NCBI GenBank assembly: GCA_030141605.1
Contig: JAQGDQ010000626.1
Location: 40,059-104,058 of the forward strand
DNA from: Tubiluchus corallicola
Lineage: Eukaryota; Animalia; Priapulida
DNA length: 64,000 bases
Direction of reading: 5' to 3'
Shown here: one piece after another, positions 12,070-24,343 of the stretch
Layout of the letters: each line of letters begins with the position of its first letter
How positions within the stretch are numbered: position 1 is the stretch's first letter
The notes under the pieces: model-generated
Databases searched by the model: none
Told to the model about the DNA's origin: nothing
Seen by the model: only the letters and a program-made list of their open reading frames with translations
Position numbers and translations under genes: made by a program

Positions 12070-12744
12070 TATGTGGCACAACAGTCACGTGGAAAATCAA
12101 TGCGAATTCAGTAGAAGGCAATGTTTTGGCCCAAACTAACTTGTTAAGTGACGAAAATTTCACTCAGGGTTCAGATTGTAAAAATCAATAAGCATAATTT
12201 GTAAATGATTATATATTTCGTGTCCATTATTTTTCTTTGCATATGTACTGCACTTTGGAACGACTGAAAGAGAAAAACAGAGGTATTCCCCTATTGTTTG
12301 AAGCTGGCACAATATGCCACGAAGACAGACAGACGTTCTTATTTAAAATTTTCACAGTTCTTTGCAGGAACAGATAGATATTTTATTACAAATAATTAAT
12401 TATTTATTATTATTATTATTATTATTTATAATTAAATATTTCTTCTACTCACTTTGATAACAATGAGACTATTCTTGAATTCTTTTCAAAAAAGGGATCT
12501 TCTAACTTTAAGGAATTTGTAATTACTCTTGTTATGAAAATGCTGTATTATGTATATTTAATGTAACATATAATTTATTTTAATAATTTAACTTGTATTA
12601 CCATTATTGTAAAGTATGAAATAAAACTAATTGGCAGTGGTCCACATTTTAAGAACTAGGACATTTGCTTCCAATCAAATGTCTGTTTGTATTGTTTAGT
12701 AGAAAAACTACAAATATATAAGCACTGTTGAATATGAGCAAACA

Positions 12745-13110
12745 ATTTCTCAACAACTACGCTCTATGGAGAACTTGTGTCTGGAAAGAAAAAGGTTGGA
12801 CGCCCAAAGAAACGCTTCAGAGACAGCCTGAAGGCCTCACTCAAGGAGCTCAGCGTGGCGGAGTGCCGTCGCCACAGGGGCTAAGACAGCAGAGGCGAAA
12901 AGAATTGAGGAGGCAGAGGAGAAGCGCAGGACACTGCCCAACATCAGGTCCAAACACCCAGCCTCACCTGTGCCAAATGCCAAAGAAGTTTCCAGGCCAG
13001 AATTGGTCTAGTCAGTCACCTTCGAGCTCATCAAAGGAATGACAACCCCCCAAACTGACCCTTTATCCCTGTCACTATGGTCATCTTCAATTCGAAGGAC
13101 GAACAACACA
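12745..13110 (+). mobile_element. RTE-clade LINE 3' fragment
   Basis: Translates to LYGELVSGKKKVGRPKKRFRDSLKASLKE and CAKCQRSFQARIGLVSHLRAH, typical of RTE ORF C-termini. 3' end ATGGTCATCTTCAATTCGAAGGACGAACAAC. Confidence 0.8.
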
Positions 13111-13546
13111 CGACATTAACAAAAATTCTCTGTCAAATTTGAGTAAATCGAAAGTTTATTATTTACACAGAATGCTTATAATAAAAACGCATTTGGTTTA
13201 CAAATGCAATGACAATGAAGAAGCATATTATAACGTTGTCACAGCATTTACTTTCATTTTTCATATCTTTTAATGTTCAAAAAAATTCATATTTTCGTAC
13301 AAGTTTAACATCAACGACATTTGCGCAGACATTTTACACGTAGAAAAATTCATAATTATGTACAATTAGCAATTACCAAACTCAATTATTACAAGAGCTG
13401 ATGCTTTCGTAAAATTAACAAAAGATACACATCACACTCACAGTTATTTCTTTGGTAATCAGATTCGCATAACATAATTTTTAACAACAACGTAGTCAGC
13501 ATAGTTCTAAGAAAAGAAGTTGTTCATGGTAGCAACTTCATAGTTT

Positions 13547-13822
13547 ACTAAAGGAAAGAACAGGTAAATTGGTACGTTGGGTTTATTTTACTGTTAACAC
13601 TTAAACTGTTTGTGGTGTGCTAAAGGAAAGAACAAGTCACTCAGGATGTTGGGTCTATTTTACTGTTATCACTTAAACTGTTTGTGGTGTGCTAAAGGAA
13701 AGAACAAGTCACTCAGTATGTTGGGTTTATTTTACTGTTATCACTTAAACTGTTTGTGGTGTGCTAAAGGAAAGGACAAGTCACTCTGTATGGTGAGTTT
13801 ATTTTACTGTTTTCACTTAAAC
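13547..13822. repeat. 72-bp minisatellite, ~4 copies
   Basis: CTAAAGGAAAGAACAAGTCAC...CACTTAAACTGTTTGTGGTGTG recurs at 72-bp spacing. Confidence 0.9.
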
Positions 13823-14518
13823 TTAGAAAAATATAACAAAGAAATTTGCAAAAAACTGCCTATAAAGCATAAATTTAAAGTATACTATCTCTGAGTAAAA
13901 ATTTTGGTTGGCCATCGTTCACTTGAAAATCATGACATAACTGGAAGAGTTCGTGACTTTCCGTAAGCGCCCTGCTTAAACTAATCCAAACTACTTCAGT
14001 TTACTTAGTGTTCACTCAAAAATATTACAAAATTAGCTATCCATTTTGTTTTGTAAAATCTTATTATACTTGATACGTTTCTTCAAGACGAATGACGTCA
14101 TTGGAAAAAGAATGGGCGTTGAAAATGGGAGCGCCCAAGCGCGAAGTGATCATGACTTTAAAGTGATTTCACTAATTACACGAGCCACTTATTGCAATTT
14201 TATTACTAAATCCTTCCAACAGTTTTCGTGAACACTGAAATAAGTCTAACCTCCTAGAAGTGTTGACTTTTCCTTTAACAAACAATTTAAGGAATGAGAA
14301 AAACTCAAGAGAACGATGGTATTTACAAGATAAACAGATGCATTTTTTCACAAACACTTTTAATGATGGTGGCAACAATTCGTATCACAAACAAACACAA
14401 ATATTTAACAATAAACACAAACTAAATGATAGATACATTGACAATTACTAGTATCACATTATTGCTCTTATTATAAACAAAAAACGTCATTTTACCACCT
14501 TATATATACAAACAAAAT

Positions 14519-16174
14519 CAGTAATGCCAGATACCCAAGGCAAACACTCAACTTAATAAGAAGCAGGCAGATGGGGAGGCAGTCCAGTTTCAGTAATGTC
14601 AGACACCCAAGGCAAACACTCAACTTAATAAGAAGCAGGCAGATGGGGAGGCAGTCCAGTTTCAATAATGTCACACACCCAAGGCAAACACTCAACTTAA
14701 TAAGAAGCAGGCAGATGGGGAGGCATTCCAGTTTCAGTAATGTCAGATACCCAAGGCAAACACTCAACTTAATAAGAAGCAGGCAGATGGGGAGGCAGTC
14801 CAGTTTCAGTAATGTCAGATACGCAAGGCAAACACTCAACTTAATAAGAAGCAGGCAGATGGGGAGGCAGTCCAGTTTCAGTAATGTCAGATACCCAAGG
14901 CAAACACTCAACTTAATAAGAAGCAGGCAGATGGGGAGGCAGTCCAGTTTCAGTAATGTCAGATACCCAAGGCAAACACTCAACTTAATAAGAAGCAGGC
15001 AGATGGGGAGGCAGTCCAGTTTCAGTAATGTCACACACCCAAGGCAAACACTCAACTTAATAAGAAGCAGACAGATGGGGAGGCTGTCCAGTTTCAGTAA
15101 TGTCAGACACCCAAGGCAAACACTCAACTTAATAAGAAGCAGACAGATGGGGAGGCAGTCCAGTTTCAGTAATGTCAGATACCCAAGGCAAACACTCAAC
15201 TTAATAAGAAGAAGGCAGATGGGGAGGCAGTCCAGTTTCAGTAATGTCACACACCCAAGGCAAACACTCAACTTAATAAGAAGCAGGCAGATGGGGAGGC
15301 AGTCCAGTTTCAGTAATGTCACACACCAAGGCAAACACTCAACTTAATAAGAAACAGGCAGATGGGGAGGCAGTCAGTTTCAGTAATGTCACACACGCAA
15401 GGCAAACACTCAACTTAATAAGAAACAGGCAGATGGGGAGGCAGTCCAGTTTCAGTAATGTCACACACGCAAGGCAAACACTCAACTTAATAAGAAACAG
15501 GCAGATGGGGAGGCAGTCCAGTTTCAGTAATGTCACACACGCAAGGCAAACACTCAACTTAATAAGAAGCAGGCAGATGGGGAGGCAGTCCAGTTTCAGT
15601 AATGTCACACACGCAAGGCAAACACTCAACTTGATAAGAAACAGGCAGATGGGGGGAGGCAGTCCAGTTTCAGTAATGTCACACACGCAAGGCAAACACT
15701 CAACTTGATAAGAAACAGGCAGATGGGGAGGCAGTCCAGTTTCAGTAATGTCACACACACAAGGCAAACACTCAACTTAATAAGAAACAGGCAGATGGGG
15801 AGGCAGTCCAGTTTCAGTAATGTCACACACGCAAGGCAAACACTCAACTTAATAAGAAACAGGCAGATGGGGTAGCAGTCCAGTTTCAGTAATGTCACAC
15901 ACGCAAGGCAAACACTCAACTTAATAAGAAACAGGCAGATGGGGTAGCAGTCCAGTTTCAGTAATGTCAGACACCCAAGGCAAACACTCAACTTAATAAG
16001 AAACAGGCAGATGGGGTAGCAGTCCAGTTTCAGTAATGTCACACACGCAAGGCAAACACTCAACTTAATAAGAAACAGGCAGATGGGGTAGCAGTCCAGT
16101 TTCAGTAATGTCACACACCCAAGGCAAACACTCAACTTGATAAGAAACAGGCAGATGGGGAGGCAGTCCAGTTT
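14519..16174. repeat. 72-bp tandem array, ~23 copies
   Basis: Unit CAGTAATGTCAGATACCCAAGGCAAACACTCAACTTAATAAGAAGCAGGCAGATGGGGAGGCAGTCCAGTTT. It produces the 24-aa-repeat ORFs on both strands. Confidence 0.95.
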
Positions 16175-16469
16175 TATAATAAACGAGAATAATAATTCTA
16201 ATACGGATTTTTAAACATTTCATATTCACTTTTTTGTCATAGAATTTGTTTGCAATTGTCTCTAATTCTCAATTTTGTCGATTCACATAATAATTAAATG
16301 ATACCAACTAATTAATGCACAAATTTGTGCTAATTGATAACATGAATTTTAAATGAAAATCGGGAACAGTCAAGTCCTGGAACATGCATTAGTGCCACCT
16401 GGTAAAACGGCACTGCAACGCTATCCCAGCGTGCACCACTCACTCACTAAAAATAATTATACCGTGCGA

Positions 16470-16940
16470 AACAGAAAAATATCTTGGCCATATCATCACC
16501 AGTGATAACAAAGACGACATGGATGTTATCAGACAACGAAGTCTGTTTTGTGCTAGAGCGAACCGTATTCTTAGAAAATTTCATCATTGTTCACCTAATG
16601 TCAAAACTCATCTGTTCAACTCTTATTGTAATTCTTTCTACTGTATGGCCACCTGGCGACATTTTCATAACTACAGTCTCAGCAAACTTAAAGTAGCTCA
16701 CAATGTTTCAAAACGAAAACTTTTCAACTACCCATATGATTATAGTTCTAGGACCATTTCAGTAGACCACGATGTTTTATACTTTGATGTAATACATAGG
16801 AAAACTGCATACAGTCTATACAGTAGAGTAATGCAAAGCTCAAATCTTCTTATAAACACATTGAATAACAGTGACACATTTTACACTTCAGACATAAGAG
16901 ACCAATGGAGGAAAGTTTTAGGTAGAAATTATGAGTGACG
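16470..16940 (+). mobile_element. Non-LTR retrotransposon (RTEX-like) ORF 3' fragment
   Basis: KYLGHIITSDNKDDMDVIRQRSLFCARANRILRKFHHCSPNVKTHLFNSYCNSFYCMATW: RT thumb/C-terminal region. Paralogous fragment at 57700-58110. Confidence 0.75.
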
Positions 16941-17412
16941 ATTCAGGCTGGAAGTATGATATTGTATATCATATTAATTAGTTGGTATCATTTAATTATT
17001 ATGTGAATATATTATGTATATATATATATATATATATACTGTTATTTATTTATGTTTGTTTATTTATTTGTTATATATATTTATATGTATATAGTGTTGA
17101 TTTATTTAAAACTTCATTATTAATGACATGAGAATTTTCAAATACTTTTTGTTACACGAACAAAAAACTTTTCCACATTAATTGCAGGTCATTTCACGTT
17201 GCAAGAAGAATGATGATGATAACTGTTCGTATCTTAGTTACATTCCAGCTTCTATCACCAATAACAAACGACTGATCTCATACAGAAACATACAAGAAAT
17301 CAAGTACCATTGCTAAATGTTCCACCGCACTTAATTTTCATACATGAACAATGAGCAAAAATAGCTATTCTCTTAAACAGAATTACCTGACTAGTCTCTG
17401 ACTGACCGGCGG

Positions 17413-17637
17413 TCACAAAGCTCCATACTGCGAAAGCCTCTGGTAGTCGCCTTTCGCTGATGATGACTTCCTCGCCCATACAGCAAAGCCGAACGAGATG
17501 AGGATGAAGATGACGAAAAGTATGCAGAGTATGACAAAAACAGCCGTGCTGACGGACGCAATAGGCTCAGCATCCGGAAATGAAGTTGTGGCATTAATCA
17601 TGAATCCGAGACTCCATCCCAGCTCCGCGTTGTTAAT
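17413..17637 (-). CDS. ENTPD: NTPDase exon 11 (ACR5, C-terminal TM, cytoplasmic tail)
   Basis: Acceptor TTTCAG. INNAELGWSLGFMINAT (ACR5), TM TAVFVILCILFVIFILISFGFAVWA, tail ending DYQRLSQYGAL*. Confidence 0.9.
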   Translation of the reverse strand: MNNAELGWSLGFMINATTSFPDAEPIASVSTAVFVILCILFVIFILISFGFAVWARKSSSAKGDYQRLSQYGAL

Positions 17638-17938
17638 CTGAAATACGACATTATGACTAAAACTCGCAGTTTCTGATAAATGTTGATTTCTAGAATGAAT
17701 TCTTTTAAAATGCAAAGCAGAATGCCATTAATGAGTCTACATACTTTACTTTCAACATGTGTGAACCTGTCATTCTGTCTGAATCACACCTGTCTTTATT
17801 TACTGTCTTATGAACCTTTTGCTCTCTTGTTATATTTACAACAAGAGATAAGTTTCGTTATCAACTTTGTCAAAAGAAAAAGTGATAGATATTTTGTGTT
17901 TCACTTGGAAAGAAAGCTGTTTTGTCAGACAACAACTA

Positions 17939-18631
17939 CCGTATTTTCCCGTGTATAAGAGACCCTTTTTTGCTCAGAATTTTCACTTTAAAAATGGGGC
18001 GTCTCTTATACATGGGAGTAAGTCTTTTCAATAAGATGCATAAATTGTGACACTAATGATTTTAAAGAAATAAGTGCTCTACAACTGTTTTTTTTCGAAT
18101 AATTATAGTTTCCTTTCAATAAATCTTCTCCATGGCTAAATTCTAATGTTAAAATTAATGTACCGGGTAAGTTATTATTTTTTTTAAATGTCTCTTTGGT
18201 ATTGGAGAGAAATCGATTGTTCTGCAGCCAATCAACGCCTCTGCATAAGCTCTCTGCATGCCCGTCGACGTCATTGATACGTCGGCAGAGGTCAACGAGA
18301 TGAGTCAGCCTAAGCAAGGCGTGTCGCTTTCGACTATGAAGCGGTTGTAAGCAATACAAGCATCGTGACACAGGCATTATCTCCTCATTTTCCATGGACG
18401 GCACAGAGGACAATGCCATTTTTGAGCAGAGTGACTCCTCTAATGATGAACTGGCTGGAATTGCTGAAGGTCTGACTCCAGTTGATATTTTTGATGAGAG
18501 TGATGAGGAATTTAATGATTTCTATGATGAATAAAGTTATTCATTACCAAAAAACTTTTTTCCAGAATTTTTGCCTAAAAATTGAAGGGGTCTCTTATAC
18601 ACAAGGGTCTCTTATACATGGGAAAATACGG
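17939..18631. mobile_element. Tc1/mariner-pogo-type MITE in the last NTPDase intron
   Basis: TA TSD. TIR CCGTATTTTCCCGTGTATAAGAGACCC / GGGTCTCTTATACATGGGAAAATACGG. Confidence 0.85.
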
Positions 18632-18684
18632 TATGTTCTACAAAGAAAAGGTAATATGACAGACCTTATTAGTAGAATACTTAC

Positions 18685-18825
18685 AGATTGGATGAACTTA
18701 AGGGTTTCCCACGTTGAATCATTAAATCCGTAGCCTTGAGATAACACAAAATCTATATAAACGGCATCAAAACAATATAATGGCAGGAAGCTTTGCTGTC
18801 CAGGTGGCACGGGTATTTGTGAAAC
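18685..18825 (-). CDS. ENTPD: NTPDase exon 10
   Basis: CAG acceptor, GTAAGT donor, 141 nt, phase 0/0. LYCFDAVYIDFVLSQGYGF matches the CD39-family YCF...GY.F motif. Confidence 0.9.
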
Positions 18826-19148
18826 CTGAAACAAATTGAGACGTCAGAGAGCCTAATGTTCACAGATGATATAAAAATTACAGTTGTTCATAAAGTTTAA
18901 GGCGTTCATAAGAACAAATCACTGTTTATTGAGTGAAATCTACATCTAACCATTGTCTGCGTGAATGGTTGCTTGTATGCATGGCGGACAATGTGTCCAC
19001 TTGAATTCTTGGCAGCTTGAATGATGAGTGATCGCTTGCATATTTTAATGCTGAATAGCTACTTGTCTGCATAACTGCTGGGCTGTTTGAATGATTGTTT
19101 GGGCAACTGAATGAAACTGAGTGCCTTTAATGGTGAAATACCTTGCCT

Positions 19149-19551
19149 TGGCTACTCGACTTGTCTGGTTACTCAACTTGTCTGGCTACTCGACTTGTCT
19201 GGTTACTCAACTTGGCTGGCTACTCGACTTGTCTGGTTACTCAACTTGTCTGGCTACTCGACTTGTCTGGTTACTCAACTTTTCTGGCTACTCGACTTGT
19301 CTGGTTGCTCAACTTGTCTGGCTACTCAACTTGTTTGGTTACTCGACTTGTCTGGTTACTCAACTTGTTTGGGTACTCAACTTGTCTGGTTACTCGACTT
19401 GTTTGGGTACTCAACTTGTCTGGCTACTCAACTTGTCTGGTTACTCGACTTGTCTGGTTACTCAACTTGTTTGGGTACTCAACTTGTCTGGCTACTCAAT
19501 TTGTCTGGTTACTTGACTTGCCTGACTACTCAACCTGTTTGGCTACTCGAC
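19149..19551. repeat. 17-bp minisatellite, ~23 copies, with partly alternating variants
   Basis: Unit CTACTCGACTTGTCTGG / TTACTCAACTTGTCTGG. Confidence 0.95.
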
Positions 19552-20162
19552 ATGACTAATTTACTCTCCGTCCATGTGGTCGTCCTTCTACTATATCTTA
19601 CTAAGTGTTTCAGAATTAATCTTTCAGTGCTCAATGCATTCCTGCCCCTGCATTTATGCCTGTTAGAGAACCACTTACAATTATGGTTTAAAACACTCTC
19701 TCTTCTTGGCAAATGTCCAGTACTTCCACTCAATTGGTTTATGGCATAATTAGCATGATTCATCGCTGACAGGGTAAATTTTTTAGCTATGTTGGATAGT
19801 CCTACCGAAGACAGCACAGCACGGGTTGCAGTAAAGCATAAAAATTTGTAAAAATATTGATGCTAAAGAGACAAACTAGAAGTCTATAAGGATCTAGTAT
19901 CAGATGAATGCAGAAAGAGGTTATGCACAAGACTAAATCAAGTCTGTGCTGCACATCAAAGCAAAACAATAATATGTAACCTCAATGATAAAAAATTTGC
20001 AAAGCTCAAAGCACAAGAAAACATTTCATAAATAAATCTTTAAAAAATAGTCTTGAAATTTTATATCACTTACATGTTCACTTTTTGCACACAAAGCTTG
20101 TGTTAGCGGTAAAGCAGTAATGCTGTATAAAACTTGTAAAATAAAACTTCCACGATTCCACA

Positions 20163-20430
20163 ATAATAATAATAATAATAATAATAATAATCTTTATTTA
20201 AAGTCGGCTTTTGGGTCAACAATTAACATTAGCTCAAAGAGCTATTATCGCCGACTGTAAATAACAACCTACAACTACATAACAGAGACTATTATTACCC
20301 CACTTTTACCCTAAATACCACGCGTCAGGCAGGGCAAAGCAGGTACCATTTTTAACGTCTTTGGTTCGAACTGCTGGTTCGAACTCACGACCTCCCAGAC
20401 GGAAAGCAGACGCATTACAACTAGACAAAA
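20163..20430 (-). mobile_element. tRNA-derived SINE inserted in an older dispersed repeat (~20025-20660; related copy ~52825-53160)
   Basis: The minus strand reads GTCTAGTTGTAATGCG...GGTCGTGAGTTCGAACC (box A/B-like), then CCAAAGACGTTAAAAATGGTACC, ending AATAAAGA(TTA)n. Confidence 0.6.
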
Positions 20431-20737
20431 CCATCTGGTTTGAGGGGAAGTTGTTTGAAATAAGTTTAGATGGCACTGCGTAAAGATTGAAAAAATAATC
20501 AAAGCACGAGCAGCAAACTCGTCGCAAACTAAAAAAAAGTTTAAATGATTTTACATTGTCAATATAATATTAATAATGTGTTTTTTTTTGTGAGCGAGAG
20601 GTGCACGCTGGGATAGCAATGGCAGGGCTGTTTTGCCGGGTGGAGCAAATATTATAAATTATTAAAAATAAATGCAAAGTAATATAACTTTGTGTAGGAA
20701 GTTTTTTGTGACATGGTTTAAAATACCCTTTTTGAAG

Positions 20738-20912
20738 TCAATCAATCAATCAATCAAGCTGGCAATCAATCAATCAATCAATCAATCAATAATCAATCAA
20801 TTAATCAGTCAATCGATAATCAAACAATCAATGAATGAATGAATCAATCAATCAATCAATCAATTTTCCAATCAATAATCAATCAATCAAACAATAATCG
20901 ATCAATCAATCA
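20738..20912. repeat. (ATCA)n microsatellite, possibly the tail of a minus-strand LINE 3' UTR
   Basis: Degenerate ATCA tetramer run. Confidence 0.85.
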
Positions 20913-21481
20913 TTACAATTATTTATCTCAATGGTGACACTGCATTACAGCACATGCGATTATAATACAATATATACACAGAGACGGGGTGGTGAAAAAC
21001 CAAATGGTTGCCGAGTCGAGCCACGCCTAACTTAAATAAATCAACAATAAATTGTAGTGGCAGAAACGCAAGGTCGTGAAATTAAGTAAATTTAATTGAT
21101 ATTCATCGTGAAAAACTTCAGCTCAAATTAAATACAAATTGAAAAAAGGGCAAAGTTATCAATGAAAATATAACACGTGTAATTGAATATACAATCGTTA
21201 TTTAAATCATTACTCATGCTATACTATAATATACTATAATAGCTTGCAGGTGTAAGACTGGAATCATAATGATAACAAGAAATATAATAAGGCATAAAAA
21301 AGCAACTTAACAATAAAGCAAAATATAGCATTATCATAGCCTGTTTTAAAGAGCAAGTCATACAAAACCGTAAACAATTTAGAAATAAAAGCAGCTATAA
21401 TGCTATGTCACAATTATTTATGCTGAATCGTGAATTTTAGTCATTCATGATTCATGATCGTAAATACTAAAAGCGGCTTAC

Positions 21482-21607
21482 CTCGGTCCACGTTTTTCTG
21501 CAATACGATGCGGTTGCATTTAAGAAATCCTCCCGGGGAACTACGCCAGAGCCCTCTTTTGAAGTAAGATTTAAAAAAGCCATGACGTAATAGTAACTTG
21601 CAAAAGC
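21482..21607 (-). CDS. ENTPD: NTPDase exon 9
   Basis: CAG acceptor, GTAAGC donor, 126 nt. AFASYYYVMAFLNLTSK...YCRKTWTE aligns to CD39 AFSAFYFVMKFLNLTS...FCAQPWEE. Not in the ORF track. Confidence 0.9.
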
Positions 21608-21676
21608 CTGTAAAGAAAATGATAAAATCGGTGAAATGGAAAAGAAAGTTACAGCTAATATGTAAACTTACGTGGT

Positions 21677-22043
21677 TGTTGTGGAGATCGCTGGCGTCTA
21701 TTAGAATTAAATAGAACATTGTAGAATGTTCCGTTAGAATAATCGTCCTACCGTGTAGAATGTTCTAGAAAGAAACTTCTAGAAGCTTCTCGGGTGCCCT
21801 ATATAAGGCGAAGCAGGCCGATGAGACACACACAGATTCACATGAACGCCACTTACACATTCTCCTGAATACCTGTATTTTCAGATACACTTAAACATTT
21901 TCCAGATTTTCACATTTACTGCAAACATTTCGTGTTCCTTCATACTTTTGTGTTGTAGAAGTCTCGCTTAATAAACTAGTTTAATTTGACGAAGTGTTTT
22001 CTGGTTTTCTCTACGAGCCTTGCGAAAGAAACAAAACACAACA
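21677..22043 (+). mobile_element. Solo LTR (367 bp)
   Basis: Termini TGTTGTG...CACAACA. 5-bp TSD GTGGT at 21672-21676 and 22044-22048. TATATAA at 21800 and AATAAA at 21970. Confidence 0.85.
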
Positions 22044-22533
22044 GTGGTCACAATTACAAAGTGCTCAAACATTATTCTAGATTAGATGTATACAAATATT
22101 TGTTCGCAAATAGAGTAGTCCCTACGTGGAATGATGTTAATTATGACATGGTTAATGCATCAAACATTGTCTGTTTTAACACTAGACTAACAAGCTGCAA
22201 CTTTTTAAACTGGTGCCATTTTAATCGTTTTATGTAAGTTATTGTTCCTTAACTGTTTGTGGTGTCTCTGCGTTTTAAGTTTCTTTTTGGGTTTCTAAGG
22301 TTATTACTAGAGGATCTCGAAGATTTGAGCAGATGTTTAACATTTAGAACGGTATATTATTTGCAGTTTTACTTTTGTGATTAAAGGAACAATTCTTAAA
22401 TTAGTATAAATTGAAACATTTATATTTGTACTTACGCTCTATGTGGTATGGCAGTATTATATGTAATTATTTTGTTGTCATTATTTCAGCCTGATCATTG
22501 CTGCAATATGATAAATAAACCACTTTGATTGAT
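22044..22533 (+). mobile_element. CR1-like LINE 3' fragment interrupted by the solo LTR
   Basis: Removing the LTR restores LRGHNYKVLKHYSRLDVYKYLFANRVVPTWND (CR1 RGH..K...F..RVV..WN motif). The 3' UTR ends AATAAA...TTGATTGATT. Confidence 0.7.
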
Positions 22534-22904
22534 TCAGCAAAAACTTCCATAGTTATTTACGATCAGGCGTTTTAAATGCTAAACATCTGCTTGACACTGC
22601 ATGGAGTTCTTATTGTTAAATGTGTTAAGAATTGCCTCCTGGCAAACAGCAATATGGGTGCTCTTCATATGCTGAAATCTTTGGGATCCTCTATTTACTC
22701 GTTTAATAATAAAATACTTCTTGTTCAGGTATTTGTTTAATAATTGTAAATTACTTTATATTGTATTATATGGCTAGCATGAGTGCTATATGCCTGCTGC
22801 CATTTTCTTTTATAAAAAAGTATTTCATAAATAAATAATAATAAAATAATTATTTCTTATATAAATAATATATAATATTATTAAATATAATAAAATTAAT
22901 ATAT

Positions 22905-23010
22905 TATAATATAATATAATATAATATAATATAATATAATATAATATAATATAATAAAATATAATATAATATAATATAATATAATATAATATAATATAAT
23001 ATAATAAAAT
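22905..23010. repeat. (ATAAT)n microsatellite in an AT-only tract
   Basis: Direct pentamer run. Confidence 0.9.
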
Positions 23011-23982
23011 ATATATTTTTATAATATTTTTATAATAATAATATATTTTAAAATAAAAATATTTTTAATAATATTATTAAAAAATAAGTAGTTCTTAAAT
23101 AAATAAATAAATAATACTAAAATAATAGAATGATTCCACCATAAGTGTTCAAAGTGCTAATTAAGCATTAAGAAGGGCAGATTATTCTATTCAGCAGTCA
23201 CCTACAGCTAATAATTAATTAAACCCAAAAAGCTCACTGATTAGAATTGCATTTTGCTTTTTAAGAATTACTAGATTTCAGATGACATCATGCGACTGAA
23301 AATAGCGCAATTACAAGTTTCATTGTTGTGCCTGATCAACATGCTGGCCATTGAGAAATTTCACTTTTTACACGACATTCGCTAATTTTGTTACAATGAG
23401 TATCTGCAGGTAAAAACAGCCAATTAAGAGGGTTCTTAAGGTGTCAAGGTCGTTTTGGGGTTTTGTGCCTTTTCAGTAAATTTATTAAGTGTTTTATTCT
23501 ATTTTGTTCAGTAAATGAAGCATTTTTCATTGGGTTACCAGCAGGTTTTTCTCAAATAGTTAAATTATTTGCCTATTTAAACAAAAATAGCCAACATCTT
23601 CAAATAACTAATGAAATATCCAACCGGAATATTTGATTCATGCAAACGCAGGACATAAATTTTTTGCGCGCTAATGACATTTGTAAAAAAAACTGTGTAG
23701 AATTTCATTCACATGTTGGCTGGAGATACGTTGCCATGATGTTTGTGACACGCAGCTGCTATGTTCATTGTCCTGCTGTAACTTCAAACATCACATTACT
23801 GGAATGGACATTGCTAAAGTTGGCATTACTATGGTGAATGAGCCATTATCTGCCTGCCATCTAGAGGCGAGTTAAAAAATCTATGCAATTGCACAACTTG
23901 CAGTCGTATTCAGCATTAAGCGAGGAGTTACAGTATATAAAAACAACAAAAATAAAGGAAAACCATGAGACAGTAATTGTAC

Positions 23983-24120
23983 CAGAAAATCTCCATGCAA
24001 CGCAGGTTGAGCAGACATTGGCTGGAAGGGACAGTCAGTACAATTCACTACCAAGAGTATTTGCAGTTTTAGCTGGCAGGCCATGTAGTCACTGGTTCCT
24101 TGAAACTCATACGTTTTGTT
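23983..24120 (-). CDS. ENTPD: NTPDase exon 8
   Basis: TAG acceptor, GTACAA donor, 138 nt, phase 0/0. NKTYEFQGTSDYMACQ...NCTDCPF...QPALHGDFL. Confidence 0.85.
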
Positions 24121-24140
24121 CTAGAATAAACAATGTCAAA

Positions 24141-24343
24141 TACAATGCTGCAGTACAATGCTGCAGTACAATGCTACAATACAATGCTGCAATACAATGC
24201 TGCAATACAATGCTGCAGTACAATGCTGCAGTACAATGCTGCAGTACAATGCTGCAATACAATGCTGCAGTACAATGCTGCAGTACAATGCTGCAGTACA
24301 ATGCTGCAATACAATGCTGCAGTACAATGCTGCAGTACAATGC
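24141..24343. repeat. 13-bp minisatellite, ~15 copies
   Basis: Unit TACAATGCTGCAG, ending ~20 bp from the exon 8 acceptor. Confidence 0.95.

Noticed and set aside
14492-16135. Long 24-aa-repeat ORFs, or a CRISPR-like array
   Set aside because: Pure 72-bp tandem repeat with no unique spacers; frameshifts within the array; eukaryotic context.
19530-19817. Minus-strand ORF ending ...TTTWTE, resembling NTPDase exon 9
   Set aside because: The true exon is at 21482-21607 and the model is complete without this ORF. No other family motifs.
22560-22675. Possible alternative NTPDase exon (AVCQEAILNTFN...)
   Set aside because: In-frame stop and weak similarity; 23983-24120 fits much better.
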